A program made the translations under genes and the position numbers. Positions 1 to 21,690 of a stretch of 64,000 bases of DNA are shown here, piece after piece. Source of the stretch: Chrysomallon squamiferum. Lineage: Eukaryota; Animalia; Mollusca. Where the stretch lies: assembly GCA_012295275.1 (NCBI GenBank), contig CM022672.1, positions 34,100,001-34,164,000 of the forward strand. The letters are read 5' to 3'. The notes beneath the pieces were generated by a model. That model was not told the DNA's origin. It did not search any database and was given only the letters and a program-made list of their open reading frames with translations. The stretch's first letter is position 1. Each line of letters starts with the position of its first letter.

Positions 1-299
1 GAGATACAATAGGATCTCCTTTCAAGATGAATTATGTTACAGAACTGTCTTCATGGATAATTTCGTGAGAGAAGTTTTAGTTTTGCAAAACGATTTATTT
101 CTATGTTAGAGTTCCAGCTGGTTGCTCGCTGTTTTGTATCACGGTCTCACAAATGACAAGAAGGCGACTTTTCTACAAACACATGAAGTAACTTTCATCA
201 GTTTTATACTCATCTGTGATGAATTGCTGAATCAGCGAGCTACATCCATTTATCTATATCCTGTAATATTATCGCATGAAACTTTTTCTAAACATTAAA

Positions 300-1041
300 A
301 TGGAAAGGGGTAGAAGAAGAAGATTCGTTAACCTGACTGAGAATGAGACAGACGTGTACAAAATGGACGCCACACCCAGGAATTTGTGTGATCATCAACA
401 ACCGAGATTTTACTGATGAACGACTAAGTCGACGCGATGGCACAGACGAAGATAAAAACAAAGTGGAAGATTTTTTCAGACGACGTCATTTTGAAGTGAG
501 AATCTTTGAAAACCAGACCGATTCGGATATGCTGGAAGAACTAAAACGAATATCTTCTCTGGATCATCAAAACTACGACTGTTTCGTCTGCTTCATATTT
601 TCACATGGAGAGCACAGGTCAGTGTATGGAAGTAATGGCAAGCTTGTGTACGTAGAGGAAATAGAAACTTTTTTCTGCGCTAGACAATGTCGCTCTTTAG
701 CCAACAAACCAAAACTATTTTTCGTTCAAGCTTGCCAGGGAAGTCGACCGGCGCAAGCCGTTGCTGTGCAAACAGATAACGGATACAACAGAGTACGACG
801 CCTGGTGCATGAGTCGGCGGACTTTCTGACAGTTTTCGCTACGACTCCTGGAAACCTCGCCTACAGACAGACGACAGGATCTCGTTTTATTTCTACACTG
901 ATTGAAGTACTCGACAACAATCCTCGGGTCAGTCTTCTCGATATCATCACCATGGTGACAAACGAAATGAATGAAGTTACTGATGGAAAACAAATTCCTA
1001 TACAGACGTCCACTCTCAGAAAAAAAATTAAATTAAACTAG
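300..1041 (+). CDS. Caspase (C14; caspase-8/3-like catalytic domain, no long prodomain), copy 1, with 5' frameshift; possible pseudogene
   Basis: ORF 343-1041 has GICVIINN, RDGT, SHG, KPKLFFVQACQG, ADFL and GSRFI. ATG at 300 reads MERGRRRRFVNLTENETDVYKMDATPR in another frame. Relative to the paralog (cccagaggaatt) this copy has cccaggaatt, a 2-nt deletion near 378. Confidence 0.9.
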
Positions 1042-2293
1042 ATATTTCTTTTTCAGCCGAAATTCTGAAAATGTGATTCACTTCAAAATAACTAAGTTAC
1101 TTTTACATAAACATATTTGCAAAAAAGGAAGAAGAAGAAGAAGAATAAAAAAAAGGGAAACACAAAATGTTTGTCGTCTTCGATTATATCAGTAAACTGT
1201 ATAAAACGAAAACTGTATCAATGTGGATTTACAGAATATAGAACTGTATTTTACTTACGAGCTGAAATTTCGTGTGGTGTTGAAATTAAAAACAAAACAA
1301 TACAAACATTTACGATAATTACTAACATATTCCATGAACTGGAAGGAGTGATGAACAAACAAACGTTTTTATTTTATTTTATTTTATTTTCTTCATTTAT
1401 ATATATAACGTATTATCAGTACAGGTAAATATTAAAACATCTGAATTAGACAATTTGTAAAAATATGATAGTAATAGTTAAATATAATGATTTTACAATG
1501 TATATATGTATATATATATATATCTATATATGGAATAACTGGTTACGATCTTAAGGTATCCACTTTATCTTGAGAAATTTTCGCATCTTTTCCCACCTGC
1601 GAAGCTGTGAATGGCCCGATACAACGAGGCTCGGTGTAAATTCTAATTTGATAGAAAAAGAAACTATTTGGTAATGAAGTAGTTGAATACTGATAATTTT
1701 AATAATCCATGAAAATCTTTATCACTGGGTTCAGTAGAAAACACGTCTGTGTAACGAACACAGATTTTTGTTTGTCTAAACATTTTATTTTCTCTCTTTG
1801 CCATAAGGCATATCGCTCAAAACAACAAAATAATAACTAAGAAATATACATTTTAGTAGTGAAAACAACCTCTTATTCCATATATGTCTGTGTGTCTGTG
1901 TGTGTGCTCGCGCGTATTTTGTATTATTAATTTGATGTTGTAAAAATTATAATTTCTTAGACTTTTCTTTAACTATGCGTACACACAAAACACATGCACA
2001 CACACACGCACAAGTATATAATGTTTACTAACGTCCATCTTTGTAACAACTTAAGAAAAAGGAAATAAATAAATTCAAACAATTTCCTTTACTTACTTTT
2101 CTCGTGTGTATGTGTGTTTGTGCGCGTGTCTTGGTGGATTTGGTGCTTGATAGGTTGAGTAACGGACACACACAAATACTGTTCTATTTCTACATACTCT
2201 GTAGTCGTAAAGTAATCTATTATTTTGTAATATAGTCTTTATGTAAGAGGTAGATAATTATGTTTGCTGTCTTTAAATGCAACTGATACGTCC

Positions 2294-2355
<62 letters not shown>

Positions 2356-3054
2356 CATACACATATACACACACTTATACATACACACACACATATATAT
2401 ATATACTTACATACAAATATACATATACATAAACATATTAATGTAAATACTTATACTCATGTATATAGGTTTGTTTTGTGCGTGAGAATCTGAATGTAAA
2501 GAAATATGTATAAACGGCCTAGGCAGGGTTAGATTCTGACGCCCCCAAGTAAATTTCAGTTTCACAATTTATAAATAACATTTATTTTTACATCCTATGC
2601 CATCTGCAGACGCAAATGTTTCTGCGACGGGGATCTAAATATCCCACACAGGCCATTTATTTCTTTGTTTATATCATTAAAATAAGGAGTTATCTCCCTC
2701 AGTTTGGATTCCATGGCAAACTGAAAATTTCATGATTCTACGGAAAAACTCGAGGCCTATAAAAACATATGATCATAATTACGTCCTGAGAGTTTCGAGT
2801 AGACGCGGTTTTCACTCACTCATTTTGCTAGTTCCGGTCAGACAGAATCTACCCGATTATTTGTCCCTGTATGGAATAAACCAGGATAAAAAAAAAATAA
2901 AAAAATAAAAAAATAAATAAATACGACACTCATAAATCTGAAATTTATTTATTTAAATTTCAAAATTGTTCTTCTAATTATTATCATTTAGTTTTAATTT
3001 TACTAATCCTGCACTTACAGCTTTCTAGGAATCTCGACTTGAAATCCTTTGCTC

Positions 3055-3144
<90 letters not shown>

Positions 3145-4237
3145 TATTATTTTTTTTTATTTTTATTATATTCACTTTAATATATTTGTGTATATCAAGC
3201 GTAAGAAATGTTACATTGATACATATATCTGGTTACACGTCTATGTCACAGTGACAAAGACAGTGCAGTTATTTTTCTTAAATACCGAAATACCGCGGCT
3301 TTGTTTACTTGTTAGTCACGTCAGCAACACAGTCACGCGCTCATTTGATATCATCTACATTATTGTCATTATTCTCAGAGTTGGTAGATCCTTCACAGAT
3401 CGCTCAGTGTATGACAGCAGTGTATCAGTGAACCAAGCTTTACGGTTCACATACACTAACACACGCACACACGACGCTGACGTCAGACTTATCTGGCGGC
3501 TACGGCAAGGTTAGATTATCATGCCCTCCAAAACATGCACAACTTAAATTACATTTCCACGAACAGTTAGTAATACTCATAGGTAACATGATAAATACCA
3601 TTATAGACGAAAAGTTTTATTCCTACTCCTACTATTACTACTAATAATAATAACTGAATTTCGAATAGATCCAAAAATTACCATCGGTCTTTATTTATTT
3701 GTTTTTATATCTCAATAGAAAATGTGACAGTGGCACTGAAACTGAGTAGAAAACTGAAAACGAAGACCTATGTTCACACTGAGGCTTTCACACAACCGTG
3801 AATGACGTCACATTTGCGCAAACGTTTTTGGAAAGAAGCAGATCTTTTTCTCGAGATATCGCTGGCGAAATCGTGTGCTAAAAATAGAATTTTACGTCAC
3901 ACACATTGAACGTTAGTTGATCTCTTTCGATCTGGGTGTCGACTTGCTAACAAACAGATTAGTTTCTATGTCCAGATAAAACATGAAATACTCTACAACA
4001 AATCCCCACCATACTACAAATATTATTACTTTATTTCCATAGTAAAAACTCCGGAATGAACAATAAAAATTATATATAAAATTTGAAAACTACAATTTAA
4101 TACTATGTAGATTTTCTTTAACATTATAATACAACTTTTATATATTTAAAGATACAAAAAGCATAGCAGAGATATGAAGCTATGAAGTATTGATAAATTA
4201 TGTATTTATTTATTTGTTTATTTATTTATTTGTTGAT

Positions 4238-4268
<31 letters not shown>

Positions 4269-5612
4269 TTTGTTTGTTTATTTATTTATTTATTTATTTA
4301 TTTGTTTGTTTGTTTGTTTGTTTATTTATTTATTTATTTCTGGAGGCAAGGAATCACTCTATTCTGGTGTGCAATGACCCCTACACGTTTCAGCTGAGCT
4401 ACAGTGTCTTAGGTACTTTTAGAATGAATAAAATAAAGAGAATCCATAAATAGAACTTTATTTTTTATCCTAGTTTCTGTTTCAAGATGACGTCGGATAA
4501 TCGTATGTAAACTGACAAATTTTAAGACTTTTTCTTAGATTTAACCAAGATTAATTAGATAAGTTAAATTACATTCCATGAATAGCAACACACGCAGGTA
4601 ACATAATAAATACAGTAATAACTAAAAATGTAAGACGGTCATCGTAATAATGATTGTCACTAATTTGTAATAATTATTGTTATAAGAATAACACTAATAT
4701 ATAAAAAAAATGTATACAAATATAAAAACTGAATTTTATACTTCAGCGGCAAATAGTCCGCAACAATTTACTGACTTTAAGTAATTATTATTATTATTAT
4801 TGAAAAGTGCCAGTGACTCTGTAGATCAGTACAAAAAATGGAAAATCAGTAGGAAAAAGTGACAGTGACAATGTACCTCAGTACAAAAGTGAAAATTCAG
4901 TAGGAAAAAGTAACAGTGACAATGTATCTCAGTACAAAAGTGAAAATTCAGTAGGAAAAAGTGACAGTGACATTGTAACTTAGTATAAAATCTGACTAAA
5001 ATAAATACCGTGAGAAAACGAACATCATAAAGACAGAATTAAAAAAACTACAGCTGATATAGTTAAATTGAGATAGCTAAACAACGAAAAAGCGTTATTT
5101 ATTTATTACAATCTGCACATTTGTTACTGGTAACCTGGGACGGACGTCAATGAAGCGAATTTCTGCTAGCAACATCAAAGTTTACATTATTTATATCTCT
5201 AAATGTCGCCTCATTCAGATTATATTTTATTATAATATCTTCAGACAGTTTTTAAGAAAAATTAACACAAAATTTGGCGTAACAAAAGTTAACATTAATA
5301 CATGTTGGTCATACCTTTTTTGTTCATTATGGTAATATAGTAGCGATATTTGTAGTATGTTAGGGATTTTCTGAAGAGTATTTCATGTTTTGTTGATACA
5401 GGAATACTAATGCCTTTGTTATCAAATCGAGTAGCAGATTGAGAGAGATCAACTCAAGTTGAATGTGTGTGACATCACATTCTATATATAGCATGAAATG
5501 ACGCCAGCGATATCTCAAAAATAGGATCTATTTCTTTCCAAAAACTTTTTCGTAAATTGTGACATTAGTTGTGTTTGGTGTGCAAGCATCAAAGTGAATG
5601 TATGTTTGCATT

Positions 5613-5880
5613 GTCACTGTCACTTTTCTAGTCAGTTTCAGTGCCTGTGTCACTTTTGTACTCAGTTTCAGTGTCACTGTCACTTTTCTACTCAGTTTCA
5701 GTGCCAGTGTCAGTTTTCTACTCAGTTTCAGTGCCACTGTCACTTTTCTACTCAGTTTCAGTGCCAGTGTCAGTTTTCTACTCAGTTTCAGTGCCACTGT
5801 CACTTTTCTACTCAGTTTCAGTGCCACTGTCACTTTTCTACTCAGTTTCAGTGCCAGTGTCACTTTTTCTACTGAGTTAC
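5613..5880. repeat. 30-bp minisatellite CACTTTTCTACTCAGTTTCAGTGCCACTGT
   Basis: About 9 copies; explains the overlapping repetitive ORFs. Confidence 0.95.
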
Positions 5881-6664
5881 ATTAAAAAAAATGCTATCAA
5901 TAAAGAAAATAAGAGCGTTTGTAAGTTTTTGTTCTAATATAAAATTCAATTATTATGATTATTATTATTGTTATTCTTAGTAGTAGTAACGCTGACAAAT
6001 GAAGCTGACGTCATGTCATTGATGACATTATATTCTTCTGTTATATAGTATAGTTGTTATGTTTACGATTCTTAATTCGTCATTTATCGCAAGAATTTTG
6101 AAAGCAAGACAATCGCCTTTCTTAGAACGGAAGAGATCGTAATCGGCAAAACATAATGTTACTTCGTTTATTTCAGAACATATTCATATTATATACAGTA
6201 AAAGTCTGAACATATAATAAAATATTCATCCTACAAATAATTAAAAACATAATCAACAGAAAAATATAATCATTTTAAATAGCGCCAGTTCTTTTTAGTT
6301 GCACATAAAATCTACGGCGATTTTTCCCGGTAGGAAACAATTTACGGCGATTTCGCTACGTCCGCTCTATAATCTACACTCTAAAAGTAGGAACACTGAA
6401 GATAAACTTACAGCGAAGAAGTTATTAAAAATATAAACAACATATAATCATTTTAGACAGGGCTAGTGGTACTATAAACTCTTCTGCATTTTGGCTCTGT
6501 AGAAAACGTAAGTGATGGTGATTTCGCTAAGCACGTGCTACATTCAAATGCGGAGCTAGTCTGCGCCAAATGCACATCGTAGTATCGCACATTGGTTGAA
6601 AGATGACTGAATGAGCTTTCATTTGATCATGAGTTTGTAGGTTTTATTTTCAGCCTCTTTTATT

Positions 6665-6772
<108 letters not shown>

Positions 6773-6898
6773 TTTTAGTATTAGTTTTCAATCACTTAAG
6801 TATATTTGGTTACACATCTGCGTAACAGTATCGAAGAGACTGTGGGTGTTATTTATCTTAAGATCTTCGAAAAACCGCGGCTTTGTTTACTTGTTCGT

Positions 6899-7395
6899 CG
6901 ATATTATCTACATTATTGTCATTATTCTCAGAGTTGTTAGATCCTTTACATATCACTCATTGTATGACAGCAGTGTATCAACAAACCATCGATTACATAC
7001 ACTAACATACGCACGCAGTTCTTTGATATTATCTACATTATTGTCATTATTCTCAGAGTTGTTAGATCCTTTACATATCACTCATTGTATGACAGCAGTG
7101 TATCAACAAACCATCGATTACATACACTAACATACGCACGCAGTTCTTTGATATTATCTACATTATTGTCATTATTCTCAGAGTTGTTAGATCCTTTACA
7201 TATCACTCATTGTATGACAGCAGTGTATCAACAAACCATCGATTACATACACTAACATACGCACGCAATTCTTTGATATTATCTACATTATTGTCATTAT
7301 TCTCAGAGTTGTTAGATCCTTTACATATCACTCATTGTATGACAGCAGTGTATCAACAAACCATCGTTCACACGCTCTAACACAGGCACGCACAA
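6899..7395. repeat. ~125-bp tandem repeat x4; single-copy homologue at about 3345-3470
   Basis: gatattatctacattattgtcattattctcagagttg repeated. Confidence 0.92.
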
Positions 7396-7820
7396 GGCTG
7401 GCACCAGATAGTCTGGCGGCTACAGCAAAGTTAGATTCTCGCGCCCCCAGGAAGATATCAATTTCAAAATTTATAACCAATAAATTAAAACTAAAATGTT
7501 TCCAACATTTGAGCTCAGACCAAGGTTAATTTCAGAAAAAACGAAAAAAAAAAGGAGAAAAAAAGAAAGAAAAACACAACACCTCTGCATTCAAACGTCC
7601 TGACGCACAAAAAGCATAAAAGAATAATCATAAAAAAACAACAAAACAAACAAACAAACAATCCCACTACTTGACACTGTTTTAATTTCAAAATTAACAC
7701 AAGAATAAAGTAACATTAGTGATGAACTAACAGCATAATGAACAGTTGAACAGACAGTCAGTACTAATACATCTGAAACCAAATTTGGCTGAGGGATAAA
7801 TGCAGGCAGAAAGACAATTG

Positions 7821-7859
<39 letters not shown>

Positions 7860-8969
7860 TCATCAGTATATTTATCCTTTACATTACAATAAGGAGTTAC
7901 CGCCATCAATTTGGTTTCCGCGGCAAACTGAAGGTTTCTTATAAGCGTGATTTTACGGAAAAATTGGTGGTCTACAAAAACACGGGAACATAATTACGTC
8001 GTGAAAGTTTCATGTACGCGCGATTTACATTCACTCATTCGGCTTGTTTTGTTAAATTTACTAACGCACACACACAGAGTCAAACACAGACGTGTATTTT
8101 AAAAAAGGTTAATAAATACAAACGGACATTTTGAAAGTTTTGCGGTTTTGACGTCACCTGTCAGAGACGTAGCGTTGGCAAGACACGTGTACTGCGCCCA
8201 CTAACCCATGGAAATTAGCGACACCTCATCCACCTCCACTAATCCAGTAGTGAACATGAAAATGTTGGGTTGTGACCCCGTATACGGCCTCGTGACAATG
8301 GAGACATACATTCAAACTGGACTTGCACACCAGACACCTTTAGGTCACAATTTACACAGCAGTTTATATGCACACATTCACATATCGTCACATTTACGAA
8401 CCAACGTACAAACACATTCGCATACACACAGACTTATATCCATGTATAAAGGTTGTATTTTGTATATCCAAATGAAAAGATATATATATATATATGTATT
8501 ACCTAACAGAACAGAACAGAATGGTTAATTCTCCCCCCGACACATTTGTGTTTATAAAAAGATTTATCAACAGAAATGGGTACTTGAAACGTTCTATTGT
8601 CTGACGGTTCTGATGTCATCTTCATATTTCAGTTGGCAGAATTCAAAGTAATCGGTGCAAACGTATACTGTGATATTGTATAACTTGCATTACATAGGTA
8701 ACTTATATTACTTCCATGAATAGTTAGTAATACTCATAGGTAACATAATAAATACACTTATAAGCAGAAAATGTAAGTAGATAGCAATTGCTAATGTAAC
8801 TCAGAAAATGTGACAGTGGTATTGAAACTGAGTAGTAACAGTGACAATGCAGACATACAGTTTCATACCAAACACAACTAATGTCACAAGTTGCGAAAAA
8901 TTTGTTTCAATGAAACTGATCCTATTTTTTTTTTAGATATCCCTGGCGAAATCGCGTGCTAAATACAGA

Positions 8970-10550
8970 ATTAGAAATGTAATTAATTTTTCTTTATTTC
9001 ATGTAAAATGTTAATTTTTCAGTTGTCGAAACTAAATATGAATTTATCTGTTATATTTATTATTATTATTCTTATTTTGAAAAAAAAACAAAAAAAACGA
9101 ACGTCCATGTATTTAAATAATAACATTTAAATGTGGATAGTATTCATTAAAACTTTATTATTATTATAATTATTACTTGATGAGAAGACGAACAATTTTT
9201 TTTTTTTTTTTTTTTTTTCGCCTTTCTCCACCTCATAATTTCTTTGTCATCGGCATTACTGGGTTCAGGAAAGCTATACTGTTATGACGTCATATTCAGA
9301 CTGGACGTATTAAGACTTCACGTACAATGGTTAAAAGGACAAATTTCATGCAACGTCAAGTGACGTGCTTGAAATATTCCTAAATGTCGAACAGAGTAGT
9401 TCATTTAGCTGTCGTAAATTTTATTTTATTCGATATCATTTATATTATTTATTCTATTTGTGAAGTTATTCTTTTATTACAATCTGCACATTTGTTACTC
9501 GTAACCTGAGACGGCGCGTTATTGAAGCGAATTTCTGCTAGCAACATCACAGTTTACATTATTTATATCTCTGAATGTCGCCTCATTAACATTATATTTT
9601 ATTATAATATCTTCAGACAGTTTTTGAGAAAAATTAACAAGTCATTTCATAATTACAATTGAAATAATATATTTAGTAATAAGAATAAGAAATAACCATA
9701 GAAAATAGTAGTAGTAGTAACAATAGTAGTAGTAGTAGCAGCAGTAATAAGACATTACCTTGATCACCCGCACCAGCAACAGCAAGAAGAAGAACAACAA
9801 CAACAACAGCAATAATTATAATAATAATAAACCACAAATACAAACTTCTCACAAGAATAAGACAGCAACAACAATCATAAAATGCAGAAAAAATCAAAAC
9901 AGTAACGACGTCGAAGAAGACGACAACAAGACAAATAATAATAATTATAATAATTTCAAAAAAAGCTGATCAAAAATAAGATATTTGGAAATAATATCAT
10001 ATTTATTTTTGTCAGTATAACAGTAAAATAATAAATCTGTATTAAGTTTGTGTTGAATTGTTCTAGATGTTGCTGTTTTAAAATGAAAGTAGTGGTTATA
10101 AAAATTATTAATTTAAAAAATAAGTTGTACATTATCAACAAACAAAGACTCATCAATGTGAAACTGATTTCAAGGTTTCAGATATCATTGTATAGTAAGC
10201 ATGTCGCTTCGAGTTATTTGTTTACGTATATTCTGAAGACTCAGCCTTTGGTTTAACTTTGTACACGTGAAAGAGAGTTATTTCCCTTACATCGTGTTTT
10301 TATGCAGTATTTGATCGAGGCAAAGGTACTTTTAACATTCGTGAAAGAAACGTGAACGTATTTAGTGTTGCTGAAATTATCATAAATTATATTCTGTATA
10401 ACCAGCACTTGTTTCAGACGAGGTTCTTTATTATTATTATTATTATTATTTTATTTATTTATTTTTTAAATACAAACATTAAATTACTGTATTATTTGTT
10501 GTTTGTTTGTATTTATTATTTTATTTATTCATTAGGCAGCATACACTCAA

Positions 10551-10555
<5 letters not shown>
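8970..10555 (+). repeat. Segmental duplicate of 45375-46450
   Basis: Collinear non-coding similarity, e.g. taagacattaccttgatcacccgcacca and the shadow ORFs MITRTS.. / MITRTN.. Confidence 0.9.
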
Positions 10556-10598
<43 letters not shown>

Positions 10599-11029
10599 TA
10601 CCTTTTTATAATCATATTTTTTTTAAAAGATAAGAAAAATGGAATTATTTTTTTTATCTCAATTTGTCTGCATTTTACAGAACGCGTAGTTTGAAATGAC
10701 ATATATCAAAAAAATTCAAGAATTTGTTCATCAATGTGAAACAGTTTTCAAGGTTTCAAATATCACTGTATCGCTTTGACTTATTTATTAGTTTATTTCT
10801 TTATACAGACTCAGCCTTTGCTGTAATTTTATAACTTTAAAGAGAGTTATTTCCCTTATATCGTGTTTTTATGCAGTATTTCATCGACGCTGAGCTATTT
10901 ATTATTAAAAAATGTATTATTATTATTTTTAAATACAAACATTAAATTACTGTATTATTTGTTGTTTATTTGTATTTATTATTTGATTCATTCATTAGGC
11001 AGCACACACTCACAATAATAATAATAATA

Positions 11030-11087
11030 ACAAGATATGTTATTTACATTATAGTAACAAGATATAGTATTTTTGTTACACAAAAAT

Positions 11088-11177
<90 letters not shown>

Positions 11178-12013
11178 GATTGTAAAATATATAACTGTGA
11201 ATAACTTTGAATACAGTTTTATTAAGTTTGTGATAGAGTCTCTAGTTATAGAAAGCACTCAGATAAGATGTGAACTGTGTTGTCTTTATTTATTTTAATT
11301 AGATATTTCACTATTGTATAAAATTATAATTATTGTGCTTTTGATATCAGAGCCAGATTATAATAAAGCCGTTTAGCAAGCAAAATACAAAGGCTCGGAC
11401 TACTGTTTAGATTTCGGATCACAATCAAACTCAACTATGTTGTGAATGTTAATCTGCTTGACCCCGGGGCAGTTGTCCAGTTTGTGTCTTTATAAACGTG
11501 GCTCGGGTACCACCCTGCTTTGTGTGAAACACGTGTAAACAAACTTACATTAACACAAACCAACATCAGCCCGATGTTGAGTACGACCACCACGTAAACC
11601 ACGTCTCACTGTGTGTCGTGTGTAACAAACACAAAATACAAACACAAAAAACAAACACAAATACAAACACAAAATACAAACACAAACCTTCCTTCATTGA
11701 TGTGAATGTTTTGTGGTTTAAAACATGCTGTTAAAAAGAGTATTACACGATCACATGTTTTTTTTTTATATAATGAATCTAAATTGTTTGATATATTTTA
11801 CGTTATCATCACATATTCTCAACATGTTATAAATGATAAATTAATTCAAAAGTAATTTTCCAATACTGAAAGAGAAAAATGAAATCTGTCATTTTTAAAA
11901 TTTTCATGACGAATTATTATTATTAACCGTATATAACTTTATCTACTGAGAGAAATTAATACATACATACATACATACATATGTATATATGGAAAAACAC
12001 ACACACACACACA

Positions 12014-12056
<43 letters not shown>

Positions 12057-12260
12057 TTTGACTAAAAACGAAATATCAGCATTTATTTTCTAGAACAGTG
12101 TGACTGAGAAAATAAATTTTCCAGGATAAATAGTAACTAATAGGTCTTGTGCTATTTCAGAAAACGTTAATTATGTTTTGTAGCGTTTGTATCTTAACCA
12201 GAGTCGTTATCTCTCAGTTATTCATAATTAATTATAATTAGGATTATTCTAGTGAACTGA
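11030..12260 (-). repeat. Inverted paralog of the upstream region and part of intron 1 of the intact Hint gene (23195-23770, 24580-25065, 25986-26040)
   Basis: 11390-11690 is near-identical to the reverse complement of 24580-24890; 11030-11080 matches 25986-26040. Confidence 0.85.
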
Positions 12261-13031
12261 GTAACATATATTATTATTATTAGATCGATTATTATTACTG
12301 TCGTTGTTGTCGTCGTCTTCTCTACATAACATAGCCAAACCGGTTATATACGTGTCGTTTCCTAGTTAATATAACTGTTCCATCTTGAACTACACTGGGG
12401 TATAGACATCGCTGAACTGAACATGGAAGAAGTAAAACAATATGCTTACATATAATGAAGGTAAATTCACTTGGGTTGTAATGTCTGCTATATCTGCATC
12501 ACGTCCATGCCTTTGTCGTAACAAACAAATGCAGTTACAACATTAAAACAGTAGCACAATAAAGAAAAACCTTAAAGAAAAACCAAAACCAGAGAAAACA
12601 AAAAACAAACACAAAAACAGAAAAAGTAATACATAGCGTTTAATATCATATTTTAAAGTACTACATATTAAGTGAATACAAAAATTAGAATAATCATGTC
12701 TTCTAAACCATGATTAGAAAGTAATATATGAAAACAGAAGCAAAAGTTTAATAAAGGTAACAAAATTTAGTAATGCAGAAACAACCTCGTTGAAGGAAAT
12801 GTAAACTTAATATCTTCTGACACAAAGAACGTCTGATTTAACTTGAATGTCAACGATTGTGGAAAATAAATTAAAAATAAATATATAAGAATAAATATAT
12901 AAAATTATTAAAAACCCCTAAAATATTCACAATAATAAAAAGATGTACTGAATTGTACCCCATATTAATTTTTATTTCATTTTTTGCTTAAAGGTCTGAC
13001 GCAAACATATATTTAAAATAATCATAATGAC

Positions 13032-13110
<79 letters not shown>

Positions 13111-13119
13111 GTAATAATC

Positions 13120-13204
<85 letters not shown>

Positions 13205-13888
13205 TAATAATATCAACTAAAAATAGATGCTGTAGTAGTACATATTTCATTAAATAAGTTATTACATTATTCAATAATAAAACAAAAATAATACTTAATT
13301 CTTGTGATTTATTTATTATCCCCTTCCTCATTTTCTGATGAATCACTTGCATGTTAGCTGTAATAGACATAATAACATATACCAATGTATACAAAATCTT
13401 CTAATCTATATCTATTGCAAGATGTACATATTTGTAATTATAAATTTCGCTTCAATTAAGAAAAAAATGTATTTATAGCAACTAAGGAAATAATTAAGCG
13501 AAAAAAGCCACTATTTTGACATTAAAAATCATAATCAACAGTTTAATTATGAAACTACAAAATAATCGTAAATCAGTAAATGAAAATTAATATATAGTTA
13601 TCCTGACTAATGCAAATTTAATATCTGGATGAAAAATTATACAATGGATAGAATGACAACTGGAGTGAAACATAATCCATCATCTAATGAAATGAATGCT
13701 TACTGTGCATTCAGATGATTCAGATGGGTGTTCAGAACAAGACATAAGGACATAATCTTCTGTTTAATGTTATTTTACAGAGCTTACTCATTTCCGAACA
13801 CCAGCCATCAATAATTTCTCTTAGAGAAACCAAAGTTTCTGAGGCAAAACACAAATAATGTGGTATTAAACTGACTAATTATTATGGC

Positions 13889-13947
<59 letters not shown>

Positions 13948-14074
13948 TAATATTGACAAGAAGAATACAAAAATAGCACAAATCTAATGATTACGTATAA
14001 TTGGCAGGTGTTGGCGCATGTTTCATGTTAAACAATCAGTAACACATGGTTTTCTCTTGGTGTTTATTTTTTTA

Positions 14075-14122
<48 letters not shown>

Positions 14123-14399
14123 ACATTTAAATTGACAAATAAAAAATAAAACAACCTTGCTGCTTAGGATATAATTACGTACTCCTTAAATAACAAGATA
14201 AGTATTTACTATACTGAATATTTAACGTATAATGTTATATTACATAGTCAGTTATACTGTACAATTATAAACAGACACTAAGAGATCATATACTGTACAG
14301 AATAGATGAAATAGCACTAATTTAATCAGTCTATGGAATAAAATCTAAAAACGTTTCATAACATTCCCAATGTTCTAAAATCATTCTTCTCTTTACTGA

Positions 14400-20932
<6,533 letters not shown>

Positions 20933-20972
20933 CTACATTGGAATCAGAAAGAAAATGAAATTAATATAAATT

Positions 20973-21172
20973 NNNNNNNNNNNNNNNNNNNNNNNNNNNN
21001 NNNNNNNNNNNNNNNNNNNNNNNNNNNNNNNNNNNNNNNNNNNNNNNNNNNNNNNNNNNNNNNNNNNNNNNNNNNNNNNNNNNNNNNNNNNNNNNNNNNN
21101 NNNNNNNNNNNNNNNNNNNNNNNNNNNNNNNNNNNNNNNNNNNNNNNNNNNNNNNNNNNNNNNNNNNNNNNN
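20973..21172. other. Assembly gap (200 N)
   Basis: Run of N; true length unknown. Confidence 1.
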
Positions 21173-21256
21173 GCTTATTAATTCATAATAACAGAACACA
21201 GGGTTAGAAACATGCAATAAGGTAAACACAGCAAATTTAGCTTCAGCCGATTTCAT
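21173..21256 (-). CDS. Signal-peptide exon of a third member of the peptide-Hint family, running into the gap
   Basis: MKSAEAKFAVFTLLHVSNPVFCYYELIS versus MKSAQAKFAVFTIFSVFNSVFC; about 190 bp upstream also aligns with 25190-25369. Confidence 0.7.
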
Positions 21257-21519
21257 TCTTCAGGAATAGTATTACTAAGAGTAATACGAAGAAGAACATT
21301 ATTCAAATATTTTCATATATTCAAATTGCACAGATTTTTTTTTTCACTTCATTTCATCGACGCAGTAATAAATGTCAGTTGTACGTGCCAAGCTGCTCGT
21401 TTGTTCACTATCGTTACTAAAAACGACATTATATTGCAGTAATAAAATCCGTTTATTTCAAGTTAAGGCGTAGAATGACATTTTATTTTTTTTAAATTCA
21501 GCGAGAACTGATATTACCG

Positions 21520-21690
21520 TTTATATACTTGCATACGAAAGATTTCTTTCTGCAGTGCAGTTTCTAGGATTAAAAGTAAAAATCAAAGATCCACAAAGAA
21601 TTTTCTTCAAAATTGTGAACTGACTACTGAGCATTCTAAAACTGAGAATAGAATTCGGCGACTTGGCAAATGACGTCATCAGGGGCAAAT
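21520..21690 (-). promoter_or_regulatory. Conserved upstream block (putative promoter and non-coding exon 1) of the Hint family
   Basis: Aligns with 50517-50660: shared ctaggattaaaagtaaaaatcaaagat and ttggcaaatgacgtcatcagggg (perfect CRE TGACGTCA), upstream of homologous signal exons. Confidence 0.55.

Noticed and set aside
2-298. Frame +2 is open for about 98 codons with one stop, upstream of caspase 1; considered as a decayed prodomain
   Set aside because: No recognisable DED/CARD features, not in frame with the caspase, and truncated by the window edge.
715-993. Antisense ORF (also 37960-38454 and 44312-44626)
   Set aside because: Shadow frames of the caspase and torsin CDSs.
5528-5937. 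Several overlapping repetitive ORFs
   Set aside because: Translations of a 30-bp minisatellite.
12972-13394. Poly-Ile, poly-ER, poly-CV, poly-HT and similar ORFs throughout (e.g. 60703-61314)
   Set aside because: Microsatellite translations with no splice or motif support.
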